Assembly: GCA_039715015.1 (NCBI GenBank)
Contig: JBDLIE010000007.1
Location: 1 to 64,000, forward strand
DNA: 64,000 bases
Source of the DNA: Thermodesulfobacteriota bacterium
Lineage (GTDB): Bacteria; Desulfobacterota; Desulfobulbia; Desulfobulbales; SURF-16
Reading direction: 5' to 3'
Positions 52,997-62,061 of the stretch are shown one piece after another. The notes beneath the pieces were generated by a model that worked only from the letters and a program-made list of their open reading frames with translations, ran no database searches and was not told the DNA's origin. Position numbers and translations under genes: made by a program. Numbering within the stretch: position 1 is the first letter of the stretch; each line of letters starts with the position of its first letter.

Positions 52997-53527
52997 CTAA
53001 CGCTCAATCCGGACTTGTACCCTTCGTCTCCCCCACCTGAGGGCGTCCTTATGGGAATCAAAATAGAGGTCGAGCCTATCCGGCCCTTTTATGGCACCAC
53101 CACGATCAGTTACCTCCCCCCAGCCATAGCCCGGAATTTTCATTCTGGTGCCGAAAGAATAATACTTGGTATCAGCTGCAATGGTACCGTCTTCTGAAAA
53201 CCACAACCAGGGCAGGACGATACGAAAGGGGATCTTCCAGGGCTTCTTGACACTATCCATCGAAAAGAGGCCATCAGCTACTTCTTGTGGCTCTGCACCA
53301 CTGGCTGTTTTACCCGTATACACCTTGCCCTTATTCTTTCCCTTCTTGACATAGCGGTCCCAGAAATTCAGCTTAAGGTAGGCCCAACTTCCCCGTTGCC
53401 ATTCACAACACTCCTGACAGCCGCAATAGCCTGTTATCTCCATGACCCGAAATTCATGCCGCGTACATCCTGTCAGCGCCAAAATGAGTACAACCCCGTA
53501 GACAGTTCCCAAGAAACCTTTGACCAT
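52997..53527 (-). CDS. 3D-domain lipoprotein
   Basis: Lipobox LTGC, TGY, IAAD, DRGGAIKG, LDLYF. Confidence 0.85.
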   Translation of the reverse strand: MVKGFLGTVYGVVLILALTGCTRHEFRVMEITGYCGCQECCEWQRGSWAYLKLNFWDRYVKKGKNKGKVYTGKTASGAEPQEVADGLFSMDSVKKPWKIPFRIVLPWLWFSEDGTIAADTKYYSFGTRMKIPGYGWGEVTDRGGAIKGPDRLDLYFDSHKDALRWGRRRVQVRIER

Positions 53528-53789
53528 TGCAATATCCCCCTAGGTAACAAAAAATTCTTCTAGACCAATATGTATCATTCTTGGCAAGGGTACAAGGAAC
53601 TGATCCAACAGGAGAGGTAAAAAAGCTTCTTTTTTACTTTAAAGTAATGAAGTGATAACAAAAAAATTTCAGAAAAAGCATCCGCCGCAAATCGAATTTA
53701 GGCGGCTAGACTTAAGAGAACTGATGCAATTGATAAAGGTCAGTTCGGGTGAAGAGTGGGAGTGGCCACCGACAGGCAAACAACAAGAC

Positions 53790-54161
53790 CTAGGCAGCCA
53801 CATCTCCATCTGAATTGGCAATCTTTTGAGGTTGCTCAACCTCAATTTTCCGCGGAACCAGTCCACTGGCCATGAAGGCGGTGCATTGCTTGCGCTTATC
53901 AAAAGAACAGTCAGTGATATTCCAACAAGGGGTATATTGCAGGAGCTTCTTAATGGCAGCGATGGAGATTCCCTGATCATGAATCATGCTCCGGAGACAC
54001 TCGATCCACTTAATATCATCCATGGTAAAATAACGCCATTTACCCTTTCTAATTGGCCTGATCAGACCTTCCTTCTCATAGATTCGGAGAGTACGCGGGT
54101 GTACCTCCAGCATCTTTGCAGCAACACCGATTGTAAAGATTGGTTTATTGTCTGAGAGCAT
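53790..54161 (-). CDS. MerR-family (HspR-like) regulator with Cys-rich tail, copy 1
   Basis: IGVAAKMLEVHPRTLRIYE HTH; tail PCWNITDCSFDKRKQCTA. Confidence 0.88.
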   Translation of the reverse strand: MLSDNKPIFTIGVAAKMLEVHPRTLRIYEKEGLIRPIRKGKWRYFTMDDIKWIECLRSMIHDQGISIAAIKKLLQYTPCWNITDCSFDKRKQCTAFMASGLVPRKIEVEQPQKIANSDGDVAA

Positions 54162-54187
54162 GATGCTTACCTTTTTGAGTTTGATTG

Positions 54188-54224
54188 AGACGGAGAACCT
54201 GCCCTTGCGGCAAGCTCTCCGTCT
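54188..54224 (-). other. Strong intergenic RNA hairpin between nrfD-like 1 and merR 1
   Basis: Minus-strand AGACGGAGAGCTTGCC-GCAAG-GGCAGGTTCTCCGTCT with no U-tract on the coding strand. Confidence 0.7.
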
Positions 54225-54261
54225 TCTTTCAAAGAGAAGTACTTTCCCTATTGCTTACTTC

Positions 54262-55446
54262 TTAGTGGGAGCCATGGTCGTCAAAGGCGCGACCGAAGAA
54301 ACGCTCGCCGAGTAAGAAGGTGGCACCAACGACCCCGATGCCGGCAAATGTAACCATTAACTCGGAAACAGAAGGTACATAGCTGAAGTAGGTGGGCAGA
54401 TTATCCCAACCTGAGTAGTGAGGCACAAGCTGGCCGGCGACTACCAGGTCATAGCGGGAGAAGAACTGGCCAACCAGGGTCATAAAGGCTGCCAGAGTCA
54501 TGGCAGGAGCGCTCTTTAACCTGGTCATAGTAAGAAGACCAAGGGGAAAGGCAAGACCGATAAGGATCTCGAAAACCCAGAAGTTAAAGGACAGAGGTCC
54601 GGAGGTCAGGGCCATGGCAGCTACACGACCGCCTTCAGCACCACCGACGAAGAAGGAGATGAATCTCCAGGCCGTGGCAACACAGATGAGGAACATGGTA
54701 AGGGTAAGGACCTTACCTGCAGACTGCATACCAGCCATGGTGGTGGAGTCAATTTCACGATTACGCATCTTGAAAGCCATGTTGGTGAAAAGAATGGCAG
54801 CAGCAGCGCCAGACATAAAGGCACTACAGAGAAAGTAAACAGGAAGCTGAGAACCGTACCAGAAAGGATGGCCGGAAAGGGTAGCAAAAACAGCACCCAA
54901 GTTGGTGTTGGCAGCAACCTCGGCAAGGGCACCGAGAACGCCCAGGGTTACGGCAATCTTGTATTGCTTGTTAAGGATGAGATAGAACTCAAGGAGCATA
55001 AAGCCAACCGCCATACCGTACAGGGTACCCATCCACCAGATATTGGAAGTCAGGTTGGGGCTCAGCATATTATAGATGAGCATACGGTGGGGGTTTTCAA
55101 TCTCCACACCAATAATGGTGAAAGCACCGATAATGGTGATAATGGAGAGCCAAACCATGCGGTTCGCAAGGGGAGCCAGCTTGTTGCCGCCGAAGATATG
55201 GCTGATGGCCGCCAACAGGCAAAGGCCTGTGGAGGTAATTGCGAAAAATGCGTAGGAGGAAATCAGAATACCCCAAGGCATTTCGCGAGTATTATTGTAC
55301 ATGTGATGGTGGCCTTCGTAGAACGCATAAAGGCCTGCTGAAATACCTGCAATGGCGAGCAGGGCAAAAAGACCGGTTGCTATATTGATCTTTGCTGTTG
55401 CCACCTCTGGTTCCGCGACTGCGGCTAGTGAGAATCCGTTAGCCAT
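54262..55446 (-). CDS. NrfD/PsrC-family membrane anchor, copy 1
   Basis: MPWGILISSY, ENPHR, SNIWWMG.LY, RYDLVV.G; about 10 TM segments; AAGGAGG RBS. Confidence 0.9.
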   Translation of the reverse strand: MANGFSLAAVAEPEVATAKINIATGLFALLAIAGISAGLYAFYEGHHHMYNNTREMPWGILISSYAFFAITSTGLCLLAAISHIFGGNKLAPLANRMVWLSIITIIGAFTIIGVEIENPHRMLIYNMLSPNLTSNIWWMGTLYGMAVGFMLLEFYLILNKQYKIAVTLGVLGALAEVAANTNLGAVFATLSGHPFWYGSQLPVYFLCSAFMSGAAAAILFTNMAFKMRNREIDSTTMAGMQSAGKVLTLTMFLICVATAWRFISFFVGGAEGGRVAAMALTSGPLSFNFWVFEILIGLAFPLGLLTMTRLKSAPAMTLAAFMTLVGQFFSRYDLVVAGQLVPHYSGWDNLPTYFSYVPSVSELMVTFAGIGVVGATFLLGERFFGRAFDDHGSH

Positions 55447-55567
55447 TTTCATTCCTCCTTTGAATTAGTAAAAAGCTTATTTCGGTAGCCGTTTGGGCTA
55501 CATTGTTTTTTTCTCTTAGAGGTGATCACGATCAGGCCGCCACCCAACCATGATCACTTTAAGAGCA

Positions 55568-55801
55568 TTAGACTTTGGCCGGGCCCTGCAAATCTTTTGT
55601 CTGCCCTTTTGTTGCCAGAGAGCAGAGAGCAATCACGGCGATAATGGCTGAAAAAGGACCAAGTGCAATAAACAGCACCAATGAGGTCACAAACCAAAAA
55701 GCCTCGCTTAAGTGGGCAAAACGCTTGCCAAGAGATGCAAGCAGATAAGCTTTGCCTCTTAAACCTTGATTTTTGCTGAGCAGATGAATTAAGGCACTCA
55801 T
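55568..55801 (-). CDS. Small membrane protein (77 aa)
   Basis: AGGAGG RBS; hydrophobic hairpin FWFVTSLVLFIALGPFSAIIAVIAL; first gene after the sigma54 promoter. Confidence 0.75.
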   Translation of the reverse strand: MSALIHLLSKNQGLRGKAYLLASLGKRFAHLSEAFWFVTSLVLFIALGPFSAIIAVIALCSLATKGQTKDLQGPAKV

Positions 55802-55923
55802 ACCGGCCTCCTGTCGTTTCACTTGAGATTTTTAATTGGTAGGAAATCTCAAGGCCCATTGAGTAATGGATGGGCGTTTCTCGTTTCAGGTTTTTACCTG
55901 TTTTCTTGGTTGACTAGTTAAAT

Positions 55924-55940
55924 AGCAACGGGCATGCCAA
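55924..55940 (-). promoter_or_regulatory. Sigma54 (-24/-12) promoter
   Basis: Minus strand TTGGCATGCCCGTTGCT: GG-N10-GC with consensus flanks. Confidence 0.85.
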
Positions 55941-56070
55941 ACTCCGCCAAGAACTGTTATTTAAAAGGCCGAAAAATCCTAAAGCCCTATTTTATCGTTG
56001 AAAGAAAACCATACAAATGGCCCCTTCCAAGTTCTCCCAACACCCATCATGTCCATATTAATTACCCAAC

Positions 56071-56294
56071 ATGGCGCAACTTGCGCCATAGCAGCCACAG
56101 GTGTGCTGCGCAAAATGCGCCACTTTTGTTGCAAAAAACCGCCTCCTCACCAGCAGAAGCCTTAGAAAAACCCAATGATCACCGTTGTGGCATATCTAAA
56201 AAAATACAGGATTACAGCTTGTTACAACCCAAGAACACCAAAAGTGGCGCAATATGCGCCGCAACCAGCAAGACCGCTGCGCAACACAGAATGT
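56071..56294. promoter_or_regulatory. Putative upstream activator sequences (three full GCGCA-N3-TGCGC palindromes and one half site)
   Basis: ATGGCGCAACTTGCGCCAT (56071), GCTGCGCAAAATGCGCCAC (56105), GTGGCGCAATATGCGCCGC (56244), GCTGCGCAAC (56276). Confidence 0.72.
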
Positions 56295-56626
56295 AGGATT
56301 TAACGGATAAAAAGAGAGAGCAAAGCTGTTGCAATGCAATTGAATAGACAATGAGATCAAAGACTTGCTTAAAAAGACACCTGAGCTGCCCAGGCATGAA
56401 AAGCCCCTTCTGCGCCAGAATGGCCCCAGGAGGACACATAAGAGAAAGTAAGCAAACTTGGAAACGATTCTTTACAAGAATGGCAGGCTAAGCCCACCCT
56501 TCTATTGGCAGGGAAACTTGAAAGGAGGAATTTACAAGTTAAGGCGGAAAACTACGAGCACGACAAACGAAAGAAACGATCATCTATTACAAGAGGAGAA
56601 CCCTCTGCAATAGACAGAGGCCGAAC

Positions 56627-56667
56627 AAAAAAATGGCATGACGATCTTTGTATCGTCATGCCATTTT
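56627..56667 (-). terminator. Rho-independent terminator after the cytochrome gene
   Basis: AAAATGGCATGACGAT / ATCGTCATGCCATTTT inverted repeat with a T-tract on the minus strand. Confidence 0.88.
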
Positions 56668-56700
56668 AAACTGCAGGGCAAAGGTACACTACATTATATA

Positions 56701-57138
56701 TTAGTGACCACCGCCATGACCGGCATCATCAGGTCCGCCGTCACTATTAAGACGTTCAAAACCTTTGACGCCAATATGACAGAAGGTACACCGCTTATTT
56801 GAAGCAAAGGCCATATCGCCATCATGACATGCACCACAATACTTGCCAGCATAAAGTGATTCCATGGTGAAATCGTCATTCTGCTCGGCTACACCGGCTT
56901 CCATTTCAAAAATATCATCATGACAGCTGTCACATTCAAGTCCGGCACCCATGGTGTGAACCTTATGGGAGAAATCTACGGCTTTGACAGGTTTTACAAA
57001 AATAATAGGAGCCTCTGGGCCATAGGTATCCTCATCATACTCTTCTTCTCCTACAGCTTGCCCACCACAGAAGAATAAGACTGCGCTAAACACCAAAACA
57101 GTCATCAAACTCAGAGCGCTTTTATCATTCAATTTCAT
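56701..57138 (-). CDS. Periplasmic triheme c7-type cytochrome c
   Basis: Signal peptide, FSHKVH, CDSCH, GKYCGACH, CTFCH; start taken at ATG 57138 after GAGGA. Confidence 0.88.
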   Translation of the reverse strand: MKLNDKSALSLMTVLVFSAVLFFCGGQAVGEEEYDEDTYGPEAPIIFVKPVKAVDFSHKVHTMGAGLECDSCHDDIFEMEAGVAEQNDDFTMESLYAGKYCGACHDGDMAFASNKRCTFCHIGVKGFERLNSDGGPDDAGHGGGH

Positions 57139-57276
57139 TGCATTCCTCATGTATGTTTTAGCAGATAATTCATCCAAGAAGCGTCTGCTAAGTAAATCGA
57201 TCTTGGCATAACATAAAGATCGAACAAGTATCAGCTATATTCAAAATAGCCATTCACAATTACCGGATCAGGAAGC

Positions 57277-58035
57277 CTAATCATTCATATAGAAAACATT
57301 AGGAAGGGCGCCTGTCTCGGGACGAAGAACCCAAACCACTTTTTCCGGAGCATGAATCAGCTTGTAAGCCTTGCTGCTTGGATCGGTGAGATCACCAAAA
57401 ATACGAACATCAGCCGGGCAAGCTTCCATACAAGCAGTGAGCTTACCGTTAGACTCTTTAAGCTTTGTGTCGTAACAGAAGTTACACTTATCAACAGCCC
57501 GGTTTTCTTCTTTGAAATAACGAGCATTATAAGGACAAGCAGCCATACAGGTCTTACAACCGATACAACGCTTATAATCCATCTTAACGATACCAGTGAC
57601 TTTGTCTTTAAAGGTAGCTGTTGTTGGACAAACGCGCACACAAGGCGGACGGTTACAATGGTTACAGAGAACAGGCATGAAGATTCGTTCTTTCTCTTCT
57701 GGCCCAATGGGACGTTCCTGCTCTAAAATAGTGGTACGGTAACCATATGCCGGGACGTGATTGGTGGTTTTACATGCTTCCAAGCAACGCTCACAGTCTA
57801 TACAATGATTCTGACGCAGAACCATTGTATAATGAGGGCTGTAGGGAAATTTCTTGGCAGGACTCATACCACCTAAAGCACCCTGCGCATTATTAGCAGA
57901 GGTCAGAGACAATACACTTCCACCTAAAAAGACACCGGTGACGGAAAGGCCGAATTGTAAAAAACGACGACGCTCTTCAGAAGGTAAATTCTCAACACCC
58001 TCATTCTCGAGCTTTTCCAAATCTTTAACTTTCAT
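57277..58035 (-). CDS. Tat-exported 4x[4Fe-4S] protein (NrfC/PsrB/DsrO family)
   Basis: ERRRFLQ twin-arginine motif; CIDCERC, CNHCNRPPC, CIGCKTC, CNFC cluster motifs. Confidence 0.9.
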   Translation of the reverse strand: MKVKDLEKLENEGVENLPSEERRRFLQFGLSVTGVFLGGSVLSLTSANNAQGALGGMSPAKKFPYSPHYTMVLRQNHCIDCERCLEACKTTNHVPAYGYRTTILEQERPIGPEEKERIFMPVLCNHCNRPPCVRVCPTTATFKDKVTGIVKMDYKRCIGCKTCMAACPYNARYFKEENRAVDKCNFCYDTKLKESNGKLTACMEACPADVRIFGDLTDPSSKAYKLIHAPEKVVWVLRPETGALPNVFYMND

Positions 58036-58465
58036 TCGTTACTCCCTTAAGTAAGATAACTTAAATTACCTGCCTCAAAACTATTCTACACTGAGACTAG
58101 ATAAGGCATTTGAGGCCAATGGCCCTCATTGTGATCGCCAAACTTAATATCCGTAAACGTATGGCTCTTTCCAGCCAATTCTCGGAACCTCGTTGACGGA
58201 TGATCTAACTGTGATAAATTACAAAACTACACATATGTAGTTTGCGCCCTGCACAAAATCATGAAAACGCACCACTGTCAAGAACATTTTCTGCAAAAAA
58301 AAGGCTTATCAACAGGCATAACATGCTGTTATAAAAGAATAAATTTAAAAAGAACTTCAGACAAATAGGAAATATTTTATTTTGACTTTTCACACCTAAC
58401 CACCATATGGCTAAACACTTTTTGAAGCTGATCAGAATGACCCTTTTTTTGCAAGGAGGAGCCCC

Positions 58466-58831
58466 ATGGACACAGCCCCAAACAACGCTCATATTGACAA
58501 AATTGAAGTCAACGACCAATCTCTGCTTTATTGCCCTGATGGGTCAGGAGAAGTTGTCGACATCAGCATGGAAGGATTGTCCTTCCGCCGCCTCACAGGC
58601 AACAACTGGCCCCAAGGAACATTTAAAATTGACCTTCTCCTTGAAAATTCAACGCTTCTTATTGAGCAAATCCCCTGCTCACTCATTAATTCCGAGGCTG
58701 TAATATCTGATGATGCTGGTCATTGCCGTTATGCCCTTGAATTTGGTGCCCTCTCAGCAGAACAAACAGAAAAACTTCAGGAATTCATTGCCAGCCAGAG
58801 GGAACAACGAGCCACTCTGACCATGATTTAA
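58466..58831 (+). CDS. PilZ-like domain protein (degenerate)
   Basis: DISMEGL (DxSxxG) and a YALEF strand; RxxxR motif absent; AAGGAGG RBS. Confidence 0.7.
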   Translation: MDTAPNNAHIDKIEVNDQSLLYCPDGSGEVVDISMEGLSFRRLTGNNWPQGTFKIDLLLENSTLLIEQIPCSLINSEAVISDDAGHCRYALEFGALSAEQTEKLQEFIASQREQRATLTMI

Positions 58832-58885
58832 TTCCATATAATTTTCTAGACACCCTCACCCCCTTTCCAGTTCCAGCAAAGATCG

Positions 58886-58914
58886 TTGACCCGGTGGCCA
58901 TGACAGGCTAAAGT
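58886..58914 (+). promoter_or_regulatory. Putative sigma70 promoter of the sigma54 activator gene
   Basis: TTGACC-17 bp-TAAAGT. Confidence 0.55.
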
Positions 58915-59028
58915 AGACTAAACAATCAGCTGATACATTCTCATTTTACTCCCGTGTTATCCTGATTCCCCCTCAATTTCCTTTTATAAGGAATAAGTAC
59001 GGATAAATAAGCACGAAGAAGCATCTCC

Positions 59029-61428
59029 ATGGAAGACAGTCACAAGCAAGCCATCCCCACTAAAGTTGTTGACGCCCTCTTTACCGTCGACAGCAACTGG
59101 GAGATAATTTCATTTAATAGTGGTGCCGAAAAACTTCTTGGCCTTAAGAAAGAAGATATGATTGGCAAAAATTGCCATGAGGCCTTTAGCCAATACGAGC
59201 GCTTCACCAAAATGTGCAGCGTTTATGGCCCCCTGGCCTCCGGCCATGCCATGACCAACTTCCGGATGGTCATTGACAACCAGGACACAGACACTTCGAT
59301 AGCTGTTGTCATTTCCGCAATTCCTCTGCCTGACATAAACGGCAATATAAGCGGCGCTGTTGTTACCTTTACTGAGGTTGAGGACACAGGGCACACCAAC
59401 GACCTGGCCATGGACTCGGTTGCTGATGGCGTGTTTACCGTGGATCGTGACTGGCACATTACATCATTTAATAAGGCGGCCGAAGCTCTCACCGGCTGGT
59501 CTCGCAAAGAAGTTCTTGGCCATAAATGCCATGACATTTTCCATTCCAGCATGTGCGGCGACCAATGCAGCCTTGCCAAATCGATTCAAGACAAAAACAC
59601 CATCATCAACCACAGCCTGACAATTACGACAAAGGATGGCCACAAAACCCCTATCTCAATCAGTGCCGCCCCCCTTCTTGACCCAGGCGGCAATGTCATT
59701 GGTGGTGTAGAAACGTTTCGTGACATTACCGCCACCATGAAAAACGACCTGATCCTTGACTCGGTGGCGGATGGCGTGTTTACCGTGGATAATGATTGGC
59801 AAATCACCTCATTTAATAGGGCTGCCGAGGCTATTACAGGCTGGAAACGTGAAGAGGTAGTTGGCAAAAAATGCAGCGGCATTTTCCATTCATCGGTCTG
59901 CGGCGACCAGTGCATACTTAACCAGGCCATTGGCCTTGGCTCAGAAATAGTCGATCGATCTATCTTTGTTAAAAACAAGGAAGGATCAACCGTCCCTGTA
60001 TCGATCAGCGCCGCGCCACTCCTGGACCTTGAGGGTAATGTTATCGGCGGCGTAGAAACTTTCCGCGACATTACCGCTACCATCAAAAATGATTTGATCA
60101 TTGACTCGGTTGCCGACGGCGTTTTCACCGTTGATCGCAACTGGCAGATCACTTCCTTTAATAGGGCTGCCGAACTTATCACCGGCTGGCATCGTGATGA
60201 TGCCATTGGTAAATACTGCAGCGATGTTTTTCATTCATCAATCTGCGGCAAATCCTGCGCCATCGCTCAATCGATGTATAGCGGTAAACCTGTAACCAAC
60301 CGCTCTATATCCATTGAAACCCGAGCCGGCAAAGAGCTGCCCATCTCTATCAGTGCAGCTCCCCTTTTGGACCATGAGGGCAATGTTCTTGGCGGCGTTG
60401 AGACTTTCCGCGACCTCTCCATCCTTGACAGCCTCCGTAAACAGCTGACCATGCGCTACACCTTTGATGAAATTATCTCAAAGAGTCCATCCATGCAGCG
60501 CATCTTCAATATCCTGCCGGAAATTGCCCGCAGCCCCAGTAATGTTCTCATTTTAGGGGAGAGCGGCACCGGTAAAGAACTTGTAGCCCGGGCCATCTTT
60601 AACGCTTCATCCCGCAGCAATAAGCCCTTTATCACTGTTAATTGCGGCGCCCTACCAGACACCCTTCTTGAATCAGAACTTTTCGGCTACAAGGCCGGCG
60701 CCTTCACAGACGCCAAACAGGACAAGAAAGGACGTTTTGCGGCAGCTGAAGGCGGCACCCTATTCCTCGATGAAATTGGTGATATACCCGCATCACTTCA
60801 GGTTAAACTCTTAAGGGTGTTGCAGCAGAAAATCTACGAGCCACTGGGCTCAAACGAACCAGTTAAGGCAGATGTTCGCATTATTACCGCTACAAATAGA
60901 GATCTCCAGGCCCTTGTTAAAGAAGATGCCTTCCGAGAGGACCTCTTTTACAGGCTTAATGTCGTAAAAATAAAATTACCCCCTCTTAAAGAAAGGATGG
61001 AGGATATCCCTCTTCTCATTGAACATTTCACATCCAACTTCAGTGCCCAACAGGGCAAAGATATTGTCGGCATTTCGGATGAAGCACTTGCCATCCTTAT
61101 GCATTACGACTTTCCCGGAAATATTCGCGAACTTGAGAATGTCATTGAGTATGGCTTTATTCTTTGCCCTGGTGGTTTCATCCTGCCCGAACATCTCCCT
61201 GAGCCATTTGCCCCTAATGGCGACCAAAAGCCTCAAGCCGGCACCTTAATTCCCATGACAGGCATTGTTTCTCAAACTCTTGAAGAACTTGAACAAACTG
61301 CCATTGCCGCCTCTCTGGCCAAAAACAAATGGAAAAAGATGGCAACCTGCCGCGAACTTGGCATCTCAAAGGACACCCTGCGTCGTAAAATTAACAAATA
61401 TGGCTTTACACCTGACGACAACGGCTAA
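59029..61428 (+). CDS. Sigma54-dependent transcriptional activator with four PAS domains
   Basis: 4 PAS repeats, GESGTGKE, ESELFG, GAFTDA, FLDEIGD, FREDLFYRL, C-terminal Fis-type HTH. Confidence 0.95.
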   Translation: MEDSHKQAIPTKVVDALFTVDSNWEIISFNSGAEKLLGLKKEDMIGKNCHEAFSQYERFTKMCSVYGPLASGHAMTNFRMVIDNQDTDTSIAVVISAIPLPDINGNISGAVVTFTEVEDTGHTNDLAMDSVADGVFTVDRDWHITSFNKAAEALTGWSRKEVLGHKCHDIFHSSMCGDQCSLAKSIQDKNTIINHSLTITTKDGHKTPISISAAPLLDPGGNVIGGVETFRDITATMKNDLILDSVADGVFTVDNDWQITSFNRAAEAITGWKREEVVGKKCSGIFHSSVCGDQCILNQAIGLGSEIVDRSIFVKNKEGSTVPVSISAAPLLDLEGNVIGGVETFRDITATIKNDLIIDSVADGVFTVDRNWQITSFNRAAELITGWHRDDAIGKYCSDVFHSSICGKSCAIAQSMYSGKPVTNRSISIETRAGKELPISISAAPLLDHEGNVLGGVETFRDLSILDSLRKQLTMRYTFDEIISKSPSMQRIFNILPEIARSPSNVLILGESGTGKELVARAIFNASSRSNKPFITVNCGALPDTLLESELFGYKAGAFTDAKQDKKGRFAAAEGGTLFLDEIGDIPASLQVKLLRVLQQKIYEPLGSNEPVKADVRIITATNRDLQALVKEDAFREDLFYRLNVVKIKLPPLKERMEDIPLLIEHFTSNFSAQQGKDIVGISDEALAILMHYDFPGNIRELENVIEYGFILCPGGFILPEHLPEPFAPNGDQKPQAGTLIPMTGIVSQTLEELEQTAIAASLAKNKWKKMATCRELGISKDTLRRKINKYGFTPDDNG
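59413..60415 (+). repeat. Three tandem PAS-coding repeats with a 345-bp period
   Basis: GACTCGGT.GC.GA.GGCGT.TT.ACCGT.GAT recurs at 59413, 59758 and 60103. Confidence 0.9.
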
Positions 61429-61453
61429 AAACGAACTAAACACCTTCAAATTT

Positions 61454-61505
61454 AAGCCACAAAAAAGGGGATTACGTTAAAACGTAATCCCCTTTTTTGT
61501 GGCTT
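61454..61505. terminator. Long bidirectional terminator
   Basis: Perfect inverted repeat AAGCCACAAAAAAGGGGATTACGTT-AA-AACGTAATCCCCTTTTTTGTGGCTT between convergent genes. Confidence 0.9.
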
Positions 61506-61581
61506 TTCACCCGGACGAACAACCGACATCAACCGCAAGCTTTCTTGGCCGCAGTTTCTGTAGACTGCCTACCACCAAAAA

Positions 61582-62028
61582 TCACCCAGGTGACACTTGC
61601 TTTTTTCCAGGCTTGACCTTTTTTTGTTTCTGTTTGTCTTCAGCCTTAGCCCGCTTGCGATCTTCTTCATCACCTACACGGTGCAATGATCTTGGCACAG
61701 CCCAATCTATCTTGGCCTGACAACACTCATGAACGTTCTTAGGACACTCTGCAATATCCCAGCAGGGTACCAAGGTCAAAAGTTTCTTCAGGCCAGGTAT
61801 TGAAATACCTTGGTCATGAATTATTGAGCGTAAGCATTCGATCCACTGAATATCGTTTGGTGAATATAATCTTCTAGAGCCACTATGCTGAGCTGGCTTT
61901 ACCAACCCCTCAGCTTCATAAATACGAAGAGTTCGAGGATGGACACCAAGAAGTTTTGCCGCTACCCCGATGGGATAAATTGGCAAATCAGCCCTTAATG
62001 GCTTTACTTCTGATTTTTTTCGCGCCAT
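61582..62028 (-). CDS. MerR-family (HspR-like) regulator with Cys-rich tail, copy 2
   Basis: IGVAAKLLGVHPRTLRIYE HTH; tail PCWDIAECPKNVHECCQA. Confidence 0.88.
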   Translation of the reverse strand: MARKKSEVKPLRADLPIYPIGVAAKLLGVHPRTLRIYEAEGLVKPAQHSGSRRLYSPNDIQWIECLRSIIHDQGISIPGLKKLLTLVPCWDIAECPKNVHECCQAKIDWAVPRSLHRVGDEEDRKRAKAEDKQKQKKVKPGKKQVSPG

Positions 62029-62061
62029 AACGTTCTCCTTAAAATTCCTTATGACTGTGCA

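Noticed and set aside
53669..53789. Possible c-di-GMP riboswitch downstream of merR 1
   Set aside because: Partial words (GAGTGGGA, GGCAAAC) occur in the wrong order for the GEMM consensus.
60691..60717. GAFTDA instead of GAFTGA in the activator
   Set aside because: A common variant among sigma54 activators; not evidence of inactivity.
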